NCBI RefSeq assembly: GCF_963921235.1
Contig: NC_086101.1
Location: 10,666,001-10,730,000 of the forward strand
Direction: 5' to 3'
Source of the DNA: Mobula hypostoma
Lineage: Eukaryota
DNA length: 64,000 nt
Position 1 is the stretch's first letter; each line of letters opens with the position of its first letter. Positions 49,901-63,650 of this stretch are shown here, piece after piece. The notes beneath the pieces were generated by a model. It ran no database searches and had not been told where the DNA came from. It worked only from the letters and a program-made list of their open reading frames with translations. The position numbers and the translations under genes were made by a program.

Positions 49901-50945
49901 AGGCAGAGAGTCGTGGTAGAGGGAGTACATTCAGATTGGAGGATTGTGACTAGTGGTGTCCCACAAGGATCTGTTCTGGGACCTCTACTTTTCGTGATTT
50001 TTATTAACGACCTGGATGTGGGGGTAGAAGGTTGGGTTGGCAAGTTTGCAGAGGACACAAAGGTTGGTGGTGTTGTGGATAGTGTAGAGGATTGTCAAAG
50101 ATTGCACAGAGACATTGATAGGATGCAGAAGTGGGCTGAGAAGTGGCAGCTGGAGTTCAACCCGGAGAAGTGTGAGGTGGTACTCTTTGGAATGACAAAC
50201 TCCAAGGCAGAGAACAAAGTAAATGGCAGGATACTTGGTAGTGTGGAGGAGCAGAAGGATCTCGGGGTACATGTCCACAGATCCCTGAAAGTTGCCTCAC
50301 AGGTGGATAGGGTAGTTAAGAAAGCTTATGGGGTGTTAATTTTCATAAGTCGAGGGATAGAGTTTAAGAGTCGCGATGTAATGATGCAGCTCGATAAAAC
50401 TCTGGTCAGGCCACACTTGGAGCACTGTGTCCAGTTCTGGTCACCTCACTATAGGAAGGATGTGGAAGCATTGGAAAGGGTACAGAGGAGATTGACCAGG
50501 ATGCTGCCTGGTTTAGTGGGTATGCATTATGATCAGAGATTAAGGGAGCTAGGGCTTTACTCTTTGGACAAAAGGAGGACGAGAGGAGACATGATATTGG
50601 TGTACAAGATAATAAGAGGAATAGATAGAGTGGGTAGCCAGCGCCTCTTCCCCAGGGCACCAGTGCTCAATACAAGAGGACATGGCTTTAAGGTAACTGG
50701 TGGGAATTTCAAGGGTGATATTAGAGGAAGGTTTTTTACTCAGAGATTTGTTGGTGCGTGGGATGCACTGCCTGAGTCAGTGGTGGAGGAAGATACACTC
50801 GTGAAGTTTAAGAGACTACTAGACAGGTATATGGAGGAATTTAAGGTGCGGGGTTATATGGGAAGCAGGGTTTGAGGGTCGGCACAACATTGTGGGCTGA
50901 AGGGCCTGTACTGTGCTGTACTATTCTATGTTCTATGTTCTATTC
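46970..50945 (+). mobile_element. Near-full-length CR1 (PHD-like and esterase ORF1, EN-RT ORF2), inactivated
   Basis: CLSCEMW..HICQKC zinc finger, GDSIVRG, AITETW, GDFN, SDH; 363-aa RT ORF 49784-50875; (TTCTATG)n tail; scattered stops and frameshifts. Confidence 0.95.
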
Positions 50946-50997
50946 CTTCCTATCATCTTCCAACTTGCCTCCTTCCCCTCCCATCTCCTTTGTATTC

Positions 50998-51255
50998 TGG
51001 GGGTGAGAAGTGGAGGGGGAAGGGTATGGAGGGGGGAAGAGGGGTGGGAAGAGAGGAGGGGAGAAGAGAGGGGTTGAGAGAGGGGGAGGGGGAAGACAGG
51101 GAGGAGGAGGAGGGGTGGGGGTAGAGGGAGAAAGGGGATGGGGTAGAAGGTGGGGAAATGGGAGGGGAGGAAGGGGGAAGAAGAGTGAGAAGAATGTGGG
51201 GAGAGAGTGGGGAGAGAGGAATGGAGGGTGAGATGGATGGGGGCAAGAGGGATGG
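50998..51255 (+). repeat. G/A-rich low-complexity tract
   Basis: Purine-rich with many G-runs. Confidence 0.85.
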
Positions 51256-53309
51256 TATAAGAATAGCGGTTTCCTTCTTCAATAGATCTGTACATTATCG
51301 ATTGCAATGGAAATTCCAGTGTCACGGTAGCATTACATGTGCACAGATATACAAATATTAGAAGAGAAGTAATAAAAAATAAGTACTTCAAACAGTTTAA
51401 CAGGAGGGGTCATCACTCTCCGGGCTGTAGCTTCTCTCATTATAGAGCCTAATGGTCGAGGGTAAGAATGCCCTGATTTAGCACTCTTTGGAGCAGTGCA
51501 GTTATCTTAGTCTATTACTGAAAGTGCACCTCAGTTCAGTGTATCATGTCACGTGGCTTAGTGATTGGTTGTTTTTTTTTCCTCATTTACTACTGCATCG
51601 ATGGTTTTCACCTTTCTGTGTTTTATTCTTTAAATAACCCTGATACCCAACAAATACCTGTAACCTTTAGCATGTGTTCACTTCGTCCTTTGTTTGTGAT
51701 TTTGTTACACCATCAAATCATCCAGTGAAAAGCATTCTGTGTGTTGTACAGGATTTCTATCATCTGCAGAATCTCTTGTGCTTAACAACAACAGAACAGC
51801 AGTAAAAATTCAACAATGGCAAAACAAGACCCAATCCTTTCCTCCTCCTCGCCTATTCGTGTATATACCTTCCCCTTACCCTCACAGATAGTCACCCTCG
51901 TACATTCAGGAACAAAATGCAACAAACAACTTTTCCAAAGAAACAACATGGAATCATGTCCTTTCAAAAGGCTCAGATTTGACCGCAATAGGGAAGCCCG
52001 ATCTTCTGAGGGGTGTAGCTTTTTGAGAAGAAGGATCAGTAATGTGCAGATCATGACTGCATTCAGTGGGGTTCGAAGGTTGACCATACTGTTACTGAGT
52101 ATCACCCCAGTGTTGCTGATTCAAGGCCTTGTCCCAGAGCTATGTCTCTTGGCTGTGACTAGATCAAGCAAAGTATCAGAGAGTCAACGTTTTGTCAAGT
52201 CGCTGAAATTCCTCCTCTCCAAAGTCGCTCCATGTGTGGAACTGACTGTGGACTCTGCTGAAGTGGACAAACAATGTCTGCTCGTCACAATTATGTATGC
52301 ACAAAATGTCTGGAAATGCTTCCCACCGAGTGACTTTGACTGACAGGATTGTGAGTCCTGGGAGACAATTGTTTCCAACTTCTAGATTATCAAGAGTGAT
52401 GGTGCTACTTCTCCACTTCAATCAATAATGCTGGTTTCATCCTGATCTCAGTCTGGGGCTGCTGGGAATTGCACAGTCTCAGACTGATGTGTTTCCCCTG
52501 GTGAAACCCATCAGTCCTCCCACATCTCAAAAATGGGTTGACTGGTAGGTTACTGGCTGCTGCAATTTACCCTAGGTTGTTGGTAAATCAGGTGAGACTT
52601 CGTTGGCACACAAGAGGAATAAGTTTCCTGTGAAAATAACCAAGGAAATGGATCCAACGTCTTTGATGTGGGATCCCACACAGACTCCATGGGCCAGATT
52701 ACCTCTCACATGTCATATGGAAAAATGAAGTTCAGAAAATTCAAAACGATTTCACAAACAGTTTTTTTTTATGGATCTTCTCCTTCCACAGTTTAGTTTT
52801 GGAATTCCCACTTTATCCTGCCCATCTCTAACCAACAATCCCCTGTCTAATTTTAAAGCTTCTAAAAAGATCCATCGCCATCTTCTTTGTTCATACCAGA
52901 GCTGCGACTCAACAAGCGACTGAAACACGAACTGTGCAACAATATCTGATTCTGTCAAACAAATAAGTAAAGAGTGCAGAGGCAGGAGGTGCAACGAAAT
53001 ATCTCCAAGAAACTTTATCCTAAAGTTCAGTGCCACCATGTGTCATCTCCTTCTAACCCTCAGCCTTGCAGCCAGCTGTCGCTATGAATAAACCAACCCC
53101 AACTGGATTCAGGAACAGTTCCATCTCAGACATCACCACCACCCCACTCCCCCATCCCATCATCATATTTCTGAATGGTCCATGACCACTGCCTATTTAT
53201 TGCTTTTTTGCACATTTTGTATTATTACGTGGTGTTTTATGTCTGTACTGCAAATCAACAAATTTCCTACCATATAAGATAGTGATAATAAAACTGATTC
53301 TGAAGAGCA

Positions 53310-56075
53310 CCACTCTCCCTCAATGTCCAAAGAAACAAAAGATCTGATTGTGGATTACAGGAGGAACAGAGACAGGCTCGCCCCGATCAACATCAATGGG
53401 ACTGCAGTTGAGAGGGAGAGTGGTTTCAAGTTCCTCAGTATACACATCACTGAAAATCTCACCTGGACTGTACACACCGGCTGTGTGGCAAAAAAATGCA
53501 CCAAGTCCTGCCGAAGGGTTTTGGCCCAAAACGTCGACTGTACTCTTTTCCATAGATGCTACCTTGCCCGTTGAGTTCCTCCAGCAGTTTGTATGTGTTT
53601 CTCGTATTTCCAGCATCTCCAGATTTTCTCTAGTTTGTGATTGTATTACTACTCTGTGAAGTCTCTTACAGGGATGCATATCCTGCAGAAATTTAAATCT
53701 TCTCTTCGACGGGAGCTCAGTGAAACCTTCTCACTGCTTCCCCGCTATGATCTTGTGATCACTTGAGATAATGCATGATGCCATCTCCAAACAAGAAACT
53801 GTCTATCCCGATGCATTTCAAATGACAGTCAGGGACTTCATCCAGGCTTGTTTAAAGAAAACACTAAAATTATCATTGGCATATAACCTGCAGCCCCAGA
53901 GGCCCCAGCAAACTAGACCATAGTGATACTAAGATGAGGAGTGCTTGCCCTGACCGTATTTTGGTAAAGCTGATCACTTGGCTGTCCTTCTCCTACTTAC
54001 ATACAGGGAGAGGCTAAAGAGCAAAACTCCAGACATTGGGACAACAAAGCGGCGGTCATTAGAGGTAGAGGAGCAGATACAGGATTGCTTTGAATTGATG
54101 GACTGGACAATGTTTGAGGACACACCTATGGATCTGAATGAATACACAATGGTTGTCATGGACTTTAAAACAGCTGTAGACGAGTGTCTCCCCACAAAAT
54201 GATTCAAGTATTCCCCAACCGGAAGCCCTGGATGAACCATAAGATCCACAATCTGCTAAAGGACTAGATCAGAGGCATTCAAGTCTGGTGACCAAGAAAG
54301 CTGCAAGAGATCCAAGTATATTACAATGTATGGAAAGCCATCTTACCAGCGAAGTTGCAATTCCAGACAAAACTTGAATCAGTGAAGGATGCTCAACAGT
54401 TGTGGCAGGGTTTGATTACCTCTTATAAAGTTAAATTAAGTGACATAGGTGACAACAGGGATTCACTTCCAAATGAGCTCAATGCCTTCTGTGCTTGCTT
54501 TGACCATCAAAACATGGAGGAACCAGTACAGACTCCCACAGCCCCCGATGATCCTGTGATTTCAGTCTCTGCGGCCAACGTGCAAACAGCCTTCAGGGAG
54601 CTGAACCCATGTAAAGCATTTAGCCCAGATGGTTACCTGGCCAAGTGCTAAAGATCTGTGCTGATAAACTGGATGGAGTAATCATTGAGATCTTTACCCT
54701 CTCATTCTAGCAGTCTGCTTCAAGCAGGCTTCAATTAGACCAGTGTCTAAGAAGAACGTGGTAATTTGCCTCAAGGTCTATCATGCAGTTGCAATTACAT
54801 CCACAGTGAAGAGATGTATTGGGAAGTTGGTGATGAAACGTATCAACTTCTGCCTCAGAAGTGAATTGTATCTGCTCCATTTTGCCTACCAGACCAACAG
54901 GTCCACAGTAGATTCCATCTCATTGGCTTTCCACTTAATCCTGGAATATCTGGACAGCAAAGAAGCATACACCTGGATGTTCTTTATTGACTACAGTTCA
55001 GCATTTAACATAAACATCCCCTAAAAACTAAACAATCTTTAAGACCTTGGTCTCAATCCTCCTTGTGCAATTGGATTCTCAATTACAGACCAGTCAGTTT
55101 GGATTGGCAACAACATCTCCTTTGTGATCCCCATCAGCACAGGTGCACCACAATGCTGTGTGCTCAGCTCTCTACTCTGCTCACTATAAATTATGTGGCT
55201 AAGTTCAGCTCCAATGTCACATTCAAGTTTGCTGATGACATCACTGTCATAGGTTGAATGAAAAGTGATGACGTATCAGCCTATAAGAGGGACATTAACA
55301 ACCTGACTGAGTGGCACCAGAACAAAAACCTCTCACACAATATCAGCAAGACCAAAGAGCTGATTCTTGACTTTAGGAGGAGTAAACCAAATGTCCATGA
55401 GCCAGTCCTCATCAGAAGCTAGGAAATGGAGAGGGTCAGCAACTTTAAATTCCTCAGTATTATTATTTTGAAGGACCTGTTCTGGGCACAACATGCAAGT
55501 GCAATTATGAAGAAAGCACAGCAGTGTCTCTACTTCCTCAGGCATTTACAAAGATTTGTATGACATCTAAAACTTCGACAAACTTCTGTAGGTATTGACT
55601 GACTGCATCAGAGCCTGGTATGAAATCACCAATGCCTTTAAGTAGAAAATCCTTCAAAAAGCAGTGGGTACAGCCCAATAAGTCCTCCCTACTATTGAGC
55701 ACATATACAGGAAGCATTGTCGCAGGAAAGCAACATCCATTATCAGGGACCCCCACCACCCAGATCCTGCTCTCTTCTAGCTGCTTCCACAGTGAAGAAA
55801 GTACAGAAGCCTCCGGACTCACACCACCAGGTCCAGGGTAAATTATTACCACGCAACCATCGGGTTCTTGAACCAATGTGGATAACTTCACCTGCCCCAC
55901 AACCAATGGGATCACCTTCAAGGACTCTTCATCTCAAGTTCTCAGTATTGGTCACTTATTTATTTATTTATTTATTTAACTTGCACAGGTTGTTGTCTTT
56001 TGCACACGGGTTGAACGCCCAAGTTGGTGCAGTCTTTCATTGATTCTTTATTGTTGTTATTATTATTATTATTAT
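53310..56075 (+). mobile_element. Decayed Rex1/Babar LINE pieces, with a Penelope terminal repeat at ~53505-53640
   Basis: KTKELI.DFRR, FKFLS, RSTVDSI, FIDYSSAFN and KFADDITVIG motifs. Confidence 0.8.
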
Positions 56076-56299
56076 TTTAATTTTATTGAGTGGAGTGGAA
56101 TTGTCCGAGCTGAAAAGGAGAGGATTTGCGGGCTTTTTCAGTTTTTTTTGGGAGCGGAGGAGCATAAGACAGCCGGTCAGCTAAGTGCACTATAATAGAG
56201 GTTTCGTCTAACGAAGCGCCTGTTGGGAAAAAGCTAGACAAATCAAAACGTTGATATGCTCAGATTCATCCTGAGTTCTAGCAAGTTTAAGGTCTTCTC

Positions 56300-57110
56300 A
56301 CTCAAACAGTCGACAAGATGTACTTTATGAAGTCCTTCAGTCAGTCACAAGAGTTGCAAATCAGTGAGGTCAGGTAAAAATTGTAAGGTGTTCTGGCACA
56401 TGTAGGGGTGAAGGGGAATGAGGGTGGACGAGTTGGCAAAGAGGGCGTTAAAGAAAGAAAATATAGAAATGCACATTGGTATCAGTAAATCAGAGGTTAA
56501 TTGTGTAATCCGGGAAAAAAACAACCTAATGTGGCAAGAAAGATGGGACAGGGAGGGGAAAGGGAGGCATTTATATCAAATACAAAAGAGTGTTGCAGTT
56601 ACTAGGGTAGGTAATGGAAACAGAAGAGAGGAGACTGTGTGGACTAGCTTAAGGCTGGGGCACTGTGTACTGAACAAAACATTGAAAATGATAGGGAAAC
56701 ACCAGATAGGATTGTGTGAGGAATGTCAGGAAGAGGAGTCAGTAGAACATGTAGTTCTGAGTTGCAGGAAGTATGGAATACAGAGAGAGATGATGAGAAT
56801 TCATCTCAGGGAATTGGGGATGCAGGAATTCACAGTAAGAGTTGCTGCGCATGGGTGAGAGAACACAGTTTAGGGTATTTTTAGCTTTCTTAAGGGCTAC
56901 AGGGGTTTTTATAGGATATGATAGATAAGCAGGAATAGGGTACTAGGATGGCCAAAGATGGGAAGATAAAGTTCAGTTTAGGGTGTGTGTGTGTGAGATA
57001 GATAGATATTGGGTGAAAGGAGTTAAAAAGTAAGTTTATTGCACACTCTGGAGCTGAAGGTGACGGTAAAGCACCGTTAAGCCGGGTGCCAGCCACCGTA
57101 ACACAAGACG
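56300..57110 (+). mobile_element. I/Nimb-clade LINE 3' end (RNase H end plus CCHC)
   Basis: AHVGV.GN..VDELAK, WQERWD...GRHLYQIQ, LRLGH, CEEC..EESVEHVVLSC. Confidence 0.8.
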
Positions 57111-57124
57111 GGGGGGTGGGGGTG

Positions 57125-57482
<358 letters not shown>

Positions 57483-57494
57483 AAAAAAAAAGCG

Positions 57495-60400
57495 GCCGTT
57501 GTCAGAGCTGAGAAGGAGAGGATTCGCGGGCTTTTTCGTTTTTATTTAAACAGCCAACCAATTGGGAGCGGAGGAGCAGAAGGCAGCCGGTTACGCCCAG
57601 CGAAGCGGACTTCGTCGGAGTGGACTGAGTCAGAGTGAGGCGGCTTTGGCTGGAGAGACTTCGGCAGGCTGAGGCTGAAGACAAGCTTCACTCCAAGTGA
57701 GGTAAGGCCGGGTAAGTTCCTTTAATTCAACTACCTTAGGAGTAAGTAATGGACGCGGCAGTTAGGGCAGTCGAGTGCTCCGTTTTCAGTTTGTGGGAAG
57801 TCAGGGCGACCACAATTGTCCCTGATGACTGACTATACCTTTGAAAGGTGCATCCAGCTGTAGCACCTGACAAACCGAGTTAGGGAACTGGAGCTGGAGC
57901 TGGATGAACTTCGGATCATTCGTGAGGCAGAAAGAGACAGCAGTTACAAGGAGGTAGTCACCCCTAAGAGTCAGGAGACAGGTTGCTGGGTGACTGTCAG
58001 GAGAGGCAAGGAAAATAGAAAGAGCAGAGCACACCTGTGGCTGTCCCGACCAATAATAAGTATATCGTTCTGGATACGGTTGGTGGGGACGACCTACCAG
58101 GGACAAGTTGCAGTTCTTGCGTCTCTAGCACCGAGACTGGACCCTCAGCTCAGAAGGCAAGGAGGGAAAATAGGAGAGCAGTAGTGATAGGGGATTCAAT
58201 AGTTAGCGGGACAGATAAGAGGTTCTGTGGAAGGGATCGAGAATCCCGGATGGTCTATGCCTCCCTGGTGCCAGGGTCCGCGATATCTCAGATCGAGTTC
58301 TCAGTATTCTCAAGAGGGAGGGAGAGCAGCCAGATGTCGTGGTCCATATAGGGACCAAGGACGTGGGTAGGAAGAGTGAGGAGGTCCTGAAAGCTGATTT
58401 ATGGAGTTAGGTGCTAAGTTAAAGGACAGGGCCACCAGGATAGCAATCTCAGGATTGCTACCACTGCTACGTGCAGGCGGGTTTAGAAATAGTAAGATAG
58501 AGAAGATCAACACGTGGCTGAAGACATGGTGCAGGAGGGAGGGCTTCAGATTTTTAGATAATTGGGCAGTTTTCCAGGGAAGGTGGGACCTGTTCCGACA
58601 GGACGGTTTACACCTGAACTGGAGGGGGACAAATATTCTTGCAGGTAGTTTTGCTAGACAGGCTGCAGTGCATTTAAACTAGATACAATGAGGAGGGGCA
58701 CCAGATTGTGGGAACAGATGTAGGGGAGAAGGAAGAAGAACATAGTAAAGTTGTCTGCACCGTTAGTGACAAACAGAGTGAGAGGTGGAGAATTTCTTAA
58801 AAGCATTTATTTTAATGCTCCGAGCTTTGTAAGAAACGTGACTGAGCTTAGAGCATGGATTGATACCTGGAAATATCATGTTGTAGCTACTAGTGAAATT
58901 GCAGGAGGGGTGTGATTGGCAACTAAATATTCCTGGATTTCAATGCTTCAGGTGTGATAGAATCGGAGGAGCAAGACGGGGAGGTGTAGCATTGCTTGTC
59001 AGAGAAAATATTACAATGGTGCCCTGGCAGGATAGATTAGAGGGCTCGTCTAGGGAGGCTATTTGGGTGGAACTGAGGAATGTGAAAGGTATAGGAACAC
59101 TTATAGGGGTGTATTATAGAGCACCTAATGGGGAGCGAGAATTGGAGGAGCAAATTTGTAAGGAGATGGCAGATATTTGTAGTAAGCACAAGATTGTGAT
59201 TGTGGGAGATTTTAATATTCCACACACAGACTGGGAAGCCCATACTGTAAAAGGGCTGGATGGTTTGGAGTTTGAAAATGTGAGCAGGATAGTTTTTTTG
59301 TAGCAATACATAGACGTACCACCTAGAGAAGGGGCAGTGTTGGATCTCCTGTTAGGGAATGAGATAGGTTAGGTGACGGAGGTACGTGTTGGGGAGCACT
59401 TCGGGTCAAGTGATCACAATACCATTAGTTTCAGTATAATTATGGAGAAAGATAGGAAAGAAAGAATGCACCCGGGGTTGAGATTTTTGATTGGAGAAAG
59501 GCTAACTTTGAGGAGATGCGACAGGATTTAGAAAGTGTATTGGGACAATTTGTTTTATGGGGAAAAATGTAATAGAGCAATGGAGGTCATTTAAAGGTGA
59601 AATGTTGAGGGTACAGAATCATTATGTTCCTGTTAGGTTGAAAAGAAAGGTTAAAAGATTGAGAGAGCCATTGTTTTGAAGGAATATTGTAAAATTGGTT
59701 CTGAAAAAGAGATATCTACAGTAAATAAAGGCAGCATGGAGTAAATGAGGTGCTTGAGGAATATAAAGAATGTAAAAAGAATCTTAAGGCAGAAATTATA
59801 AAAGCTAAAAGAAGACAGGAGGTTGCTCTGGCAAGTAACGTGAAAATAAATCCAAAGGATTTCTACAGTATATTAATAGCAAAAGGATAGTGGGGGATAA
59901 AATTTGTCCCTTAGAGAATCAGAGTGGACAGCTATGTGTGGAGCCAAAGGAGATGGGGGAGATTTTGAACAATTTCTTTTCTTCAGTATTCACTATGGAG
60001 AAGTATATTGAATTGTGTAAGGTAAGGAAAGCAAGTAGGGAGTTTATGGAAACTATGATGATTAAACAAGAGGAAGTACTGGTACTTTTAAGGAATATAA
60101 AAGTTTGTTAAGTCTCCGGGTCCTGACAGGATATTCCCTTGGACCTTGCTGGAAGTTAGTGTAGAAATAGCGGGGGCTTTGACAGAAATATTTCAAATGT
60201 CAACAGAAACGGGGATGGTACCGGTCAATTGGCGGTTTGCTCACGTCGTTCCGTTGTTTAAAAGGGTTCAAAGAGTAAATGACCATATAACAGTTACAGT
60301 ATGGAAACAGGCCATATCGGCCCTTCTAGTCCGTGCCAATCTCTTACTCTCACCTAGTCCCACTGACCTGCACTCGGTCCATAACCCTCCATTCCCTTCC

Positions 60401-61914
60401 TGTCCATATATTTATCCAATTTATCTTTAAATGACAACATCGAACCTGCCTCAAACACTTCTGCTGGAAGCTCGTTCCACACAGCTACCACTCTCTGAGT
60501 AAAGAAAGAGTAAACCTAGCAATTATCGGCCTGTAAGTTTGACATCAGGGGTGGGTAAATTAATGGAAAGTATTGTTAGAGATGGTATATATAATTATCT
60601 GGATAGACAGGGTCTGATTAGTAATAGTCAACACGGATATGTGCATGGAAGGTCATGTTTCACAAACCTTACTGAATTTTTTGAAGCAGTTACTCGGAAA
60701 GTTGACGAGGGTAGAGCAGTGGATGTTGTCTATATGTACTTTAGTAAGGACTTTGACAAGGTTCCACGTGGAAGGTTAGTTAGGAAGGCTCAATCATTAG
60801 GTATTCATATTGAACTAGTAAAATAGATTCAATAGTGGCTGGATGGGAGATGCCAGAGAGTAGTGGTGGATAACTGTTTGTCAGGTGGGAGGGCAGTGAC
60901 TAGTGGTGTGCCTTAGGGATCTATATTGGGTCCATTGTTGTTTGTCATATACATTAATGATCTGGATGATGGGTGGTAAATTGGATTAGTAAGTATGCAG
61001 ATAATACTAAGATGGGTGGTGTTGTGGATAATGAAGAAGGTTCTCAAAGCTTGCAGAGAGATTTAGGCCAGTTAGAAGAGTGGGGTGAAAGATGGCAGAT
61101 GGAATTTAGTGCTGATAAGAGTGAGGTGCTTCATTTTGGTAGGACTAATCAAAATAGGACATACATGGTAAATGGTAGGGCATTGAAGAATGCAGTAGAA
61201 CAGAGAGACCTAGGAATAATGGTGCATAGTTCCCTGAAGGTGGAATCTCATGTGGATAGGGTGATGAAGAAAGCTTTTGGTATGCCGGCCTTTATAAATC
61301 AGAGCATTGAGTACAGGAGTTGGGATGCCATGTTGAATTTGTACAAGACATTGGTAAGGCCAAATTAGGAGTATTGTGTACAGTTCTGGTCACCGAATTA
61401 TAGGAAAGATGTCAACAAAATAGAGAGAGTGTAGAGAAGATATACTAGAATGTTACCTGGCTTTCAGCACCTCAGTTGCAGAGAAAGATTGAACAAGTTA
61501 GGTCTTCATTCTTTGGAACGTAGAAGGTTGAGGGGGGATTTGATAGAGGTATTTAAAATTATGAGGGGGATAGATAGAGTTGACGTGGATAGGCTTTTTT
61601 CCATTGAGAGTGTAGGAAATTCAAACAAGAGGACATGAGTTGAGGGTTAGGGGGCAAAAGATTAGGGGTAACACGAGGGGGAATTTCTTTATTCGGAGAG
61701 TGATGGCTGTGTGGAATGAGCTTCCGGTAGAAGTGGTGGAGGCAGGTTCGATATTATCATTCAAAGAAAAAATGGATAGGTATATGGGCAGGAGAGGAAT
61801 GGAGGTTATGGGCTGAGTGCAGGTCGGTGGGACTAGGTGAGAGTAATGCGTTCAGCACAGACAAGAAGGGCCGAGATCGCCTGTTTCTGTGCTGTAATGG
61901 TTATATGGTTATAT
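57495..61914 (+). mobile_element. Full-length decayed CR1 (5' UTR, ORF1, ORF2, tail)
   Basis: GC-rich 5' UTR; ORF1 from ATG 57749 (VECSV..., GDSIV, QDGLHLN); ORF2 YFNA, GDFN, QHGY, KYADNTK; tail TTATATGGTTATAT. Confidence 0.92.
60280..60504 (-). mobile_element. Short CR1 3' end inserted antisense into the CR1, 10-bp TSD
   Basis: AAAGAGTAAA at 60270-60279 and 60505-60514; the host frame resumes (...SNYRPVSLTS). Confidence 0.88.
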
Positions 61915-62135
61915 TGGCCCTTCTGGCCCTTTGAGCCACGCTGCCCAGCAATCTCCCAATTTAATCCCAGCCAAATCATGGTACAATTTACAATGACCAA
62001 TTGGTCTATCAACTAGTTAATCTTTGGACGGTAGGTGGAAACAGGAGCAGCCAGAGGAAACTCACACGGTCATGGGGAGAACATGCAAACTCATTGCATG
62101 TGGGTCAACTGTACTGTAAAGCGTTGTGCTAATGT
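61915..62135 (-). mobile_element. HE1/V-SINE-like element
   Basis: Minus strand GAGTTTGCATGTTCTCCCCATGACCGTGTGAGTTTCCTCTGG.TGCTCC V-domain-like core with a CR1-like tail; relative at ~34800-35020. Confidence 0.65.
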
Positions 62136-62339
62136 GCCTCTGACGGATTTATTGAATATGCCCCCAGAAAGAAAATGAATCTTAATTTTGCATTTGGTGA
62201 CATATATATACTTTAATAATATATCCACTCAACCGGATTCCCTGTATACACTGACTCATCACCCGCTGTGATTCGTCCAGTGGTGTAATTAGCAAACTTG
62301 GGTGAGGAGCCATTTCAAATAAACTTCTGTTTTCCAGCC

Positions 62340-63135
62340 TCACTAACAAACCCTGTAACCACAGACACTGGGAAACAGGTACTGGCTATCCACCCTATGT
62401 ATGCCTCTCATAATCTTGTAGACCTCTATCAGGTCCCCTTTCATCCTTCTACGCTCCAAAGAGAAAAGTCCCAGCTCCGCTAACCTTGCTTCATAAGACT
62501 TGTTTTCCAATCCAGGTAACACCCCGGTAAATCCCCTCTGCACCCTCTCCATAGCTTCCACATCCTTCCTATAATAAGGTGATCAGAACTGAACACAATA
62601 CTCTAAGTGTGGTGTCACCAGAGATTTGTAAAGTTGCAACATGAACTCTGTACTCTTGATACCCCTATTAATGAAGCCTAGCATCCCATAGGCCTTTTTA
62701 ATTATCCTACCAACCTGTGCATTGACCTTGAGGGATGTATGGATTTGAGCCCCAAGGTGCCTCTGTTCACCCACACTCTTAAGTAACCGACCATTAACCC
62801 TGTTCTCAGCCTTCTGGTTTGTCCTTCCAAAATGCATCACCTCACACTTATCCAGATTGAACTCAGTCTGCCACTTTTCTGACCAGCTCTGCATCCTCTT
62901 GTAACATTCGACAACCTAAAGCTCCATCCACAACTCTTCCAATCTTTGTATCATCTGCAAATTTACTCACCCATCCTTCTGCCTCTTCATCCAGATCATT
63001 TATAAAAATCACAAAGAGCAGGGGTGCCAGGACAGATCCTTGCGGCACTCCATTAGTCACTGACCTCCAGGCAGAATACTTTCCTTCCACTACTACCCTC
63101 TGCTTTCTTCCTGTGAGCCAATTTTTCATCCATTT
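62340..63135 (-). mobile_element. CR1 RT fragment
   Basis: GVPQGSVL, KFADDTK, HLEYCVQF and LGLFSLERRR motifs. Confidence 0.9.
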
Positions 63136-63167
63136 GTTTAAACTTTGGGAGAATTTCTCCTTGTGTA

Positions 63168-63650
63168 CAGTGGCATGCAAAAGTTTGGGCACCCTACGTC
63201 AAAATTTCTGTTACTGTGAATAGCTAAGCGAGTAAAAGGTGACCTGATTTCCAAAAGGCATAAAGTTAAAGATGGCACATTCCTTTAATATTTTAAGCAA
63301 GAAAATTTTTTTTATTTCCATCTTTTACAGTTTCAAAATAACAAAAAAGGTAAAGGGGCCAAGCGAAAGTTTGGGCACCCTGCGTGGTCAGTAACACCCC
63401 CTTTGGCAATATCACAGCTTGTAAACGCTTTCTGTAGCCAGCTAAGAGTCTTTCCATTCTTGTTTGGGGGATGATTGCCCAGTCTTCCTTGCAAAAGGCT
63501 TCTACTCCTGAGAGAATCCTGGGCCGTCTTGCATGCACTGCTCTTTTGAGGTGTATACACAGATCTTCGATGATGTTTAGGTCAGGGGACTGTGAGAGCC
63601 ATGGCAAAACCTTCCACTTACACCTCTTGAGGTGGATTTTGAGGTGTTTT
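63168..63650 (-). mobile_element. Tc1/mariner DNA transposon, 3' end (IR/DR type)
   Basis: TA|CAGTGGCATGCAAAAGTTTGGGCACCC terminus; inner direct repeat AAAGTTTGGGCACCC at 63366-63380; transposase C-terminus WLSQSPDLNIIE (SPDLNPIE motif). Confidence 0.88.

Noticed and set aside
49784..50875. 363-aa RT ORF as an active or domesticated gene
   Set aside because: Part of a CR1 with upstream stops and frameshifts, and FAED in place of the catalytic FADD.
51816..52343. 175-aa ATG-initiated ORF as a host gene
   Set aside because: No recognisable domain; the similar segment at ~43960-44050 is short and does not establish coding constraint.
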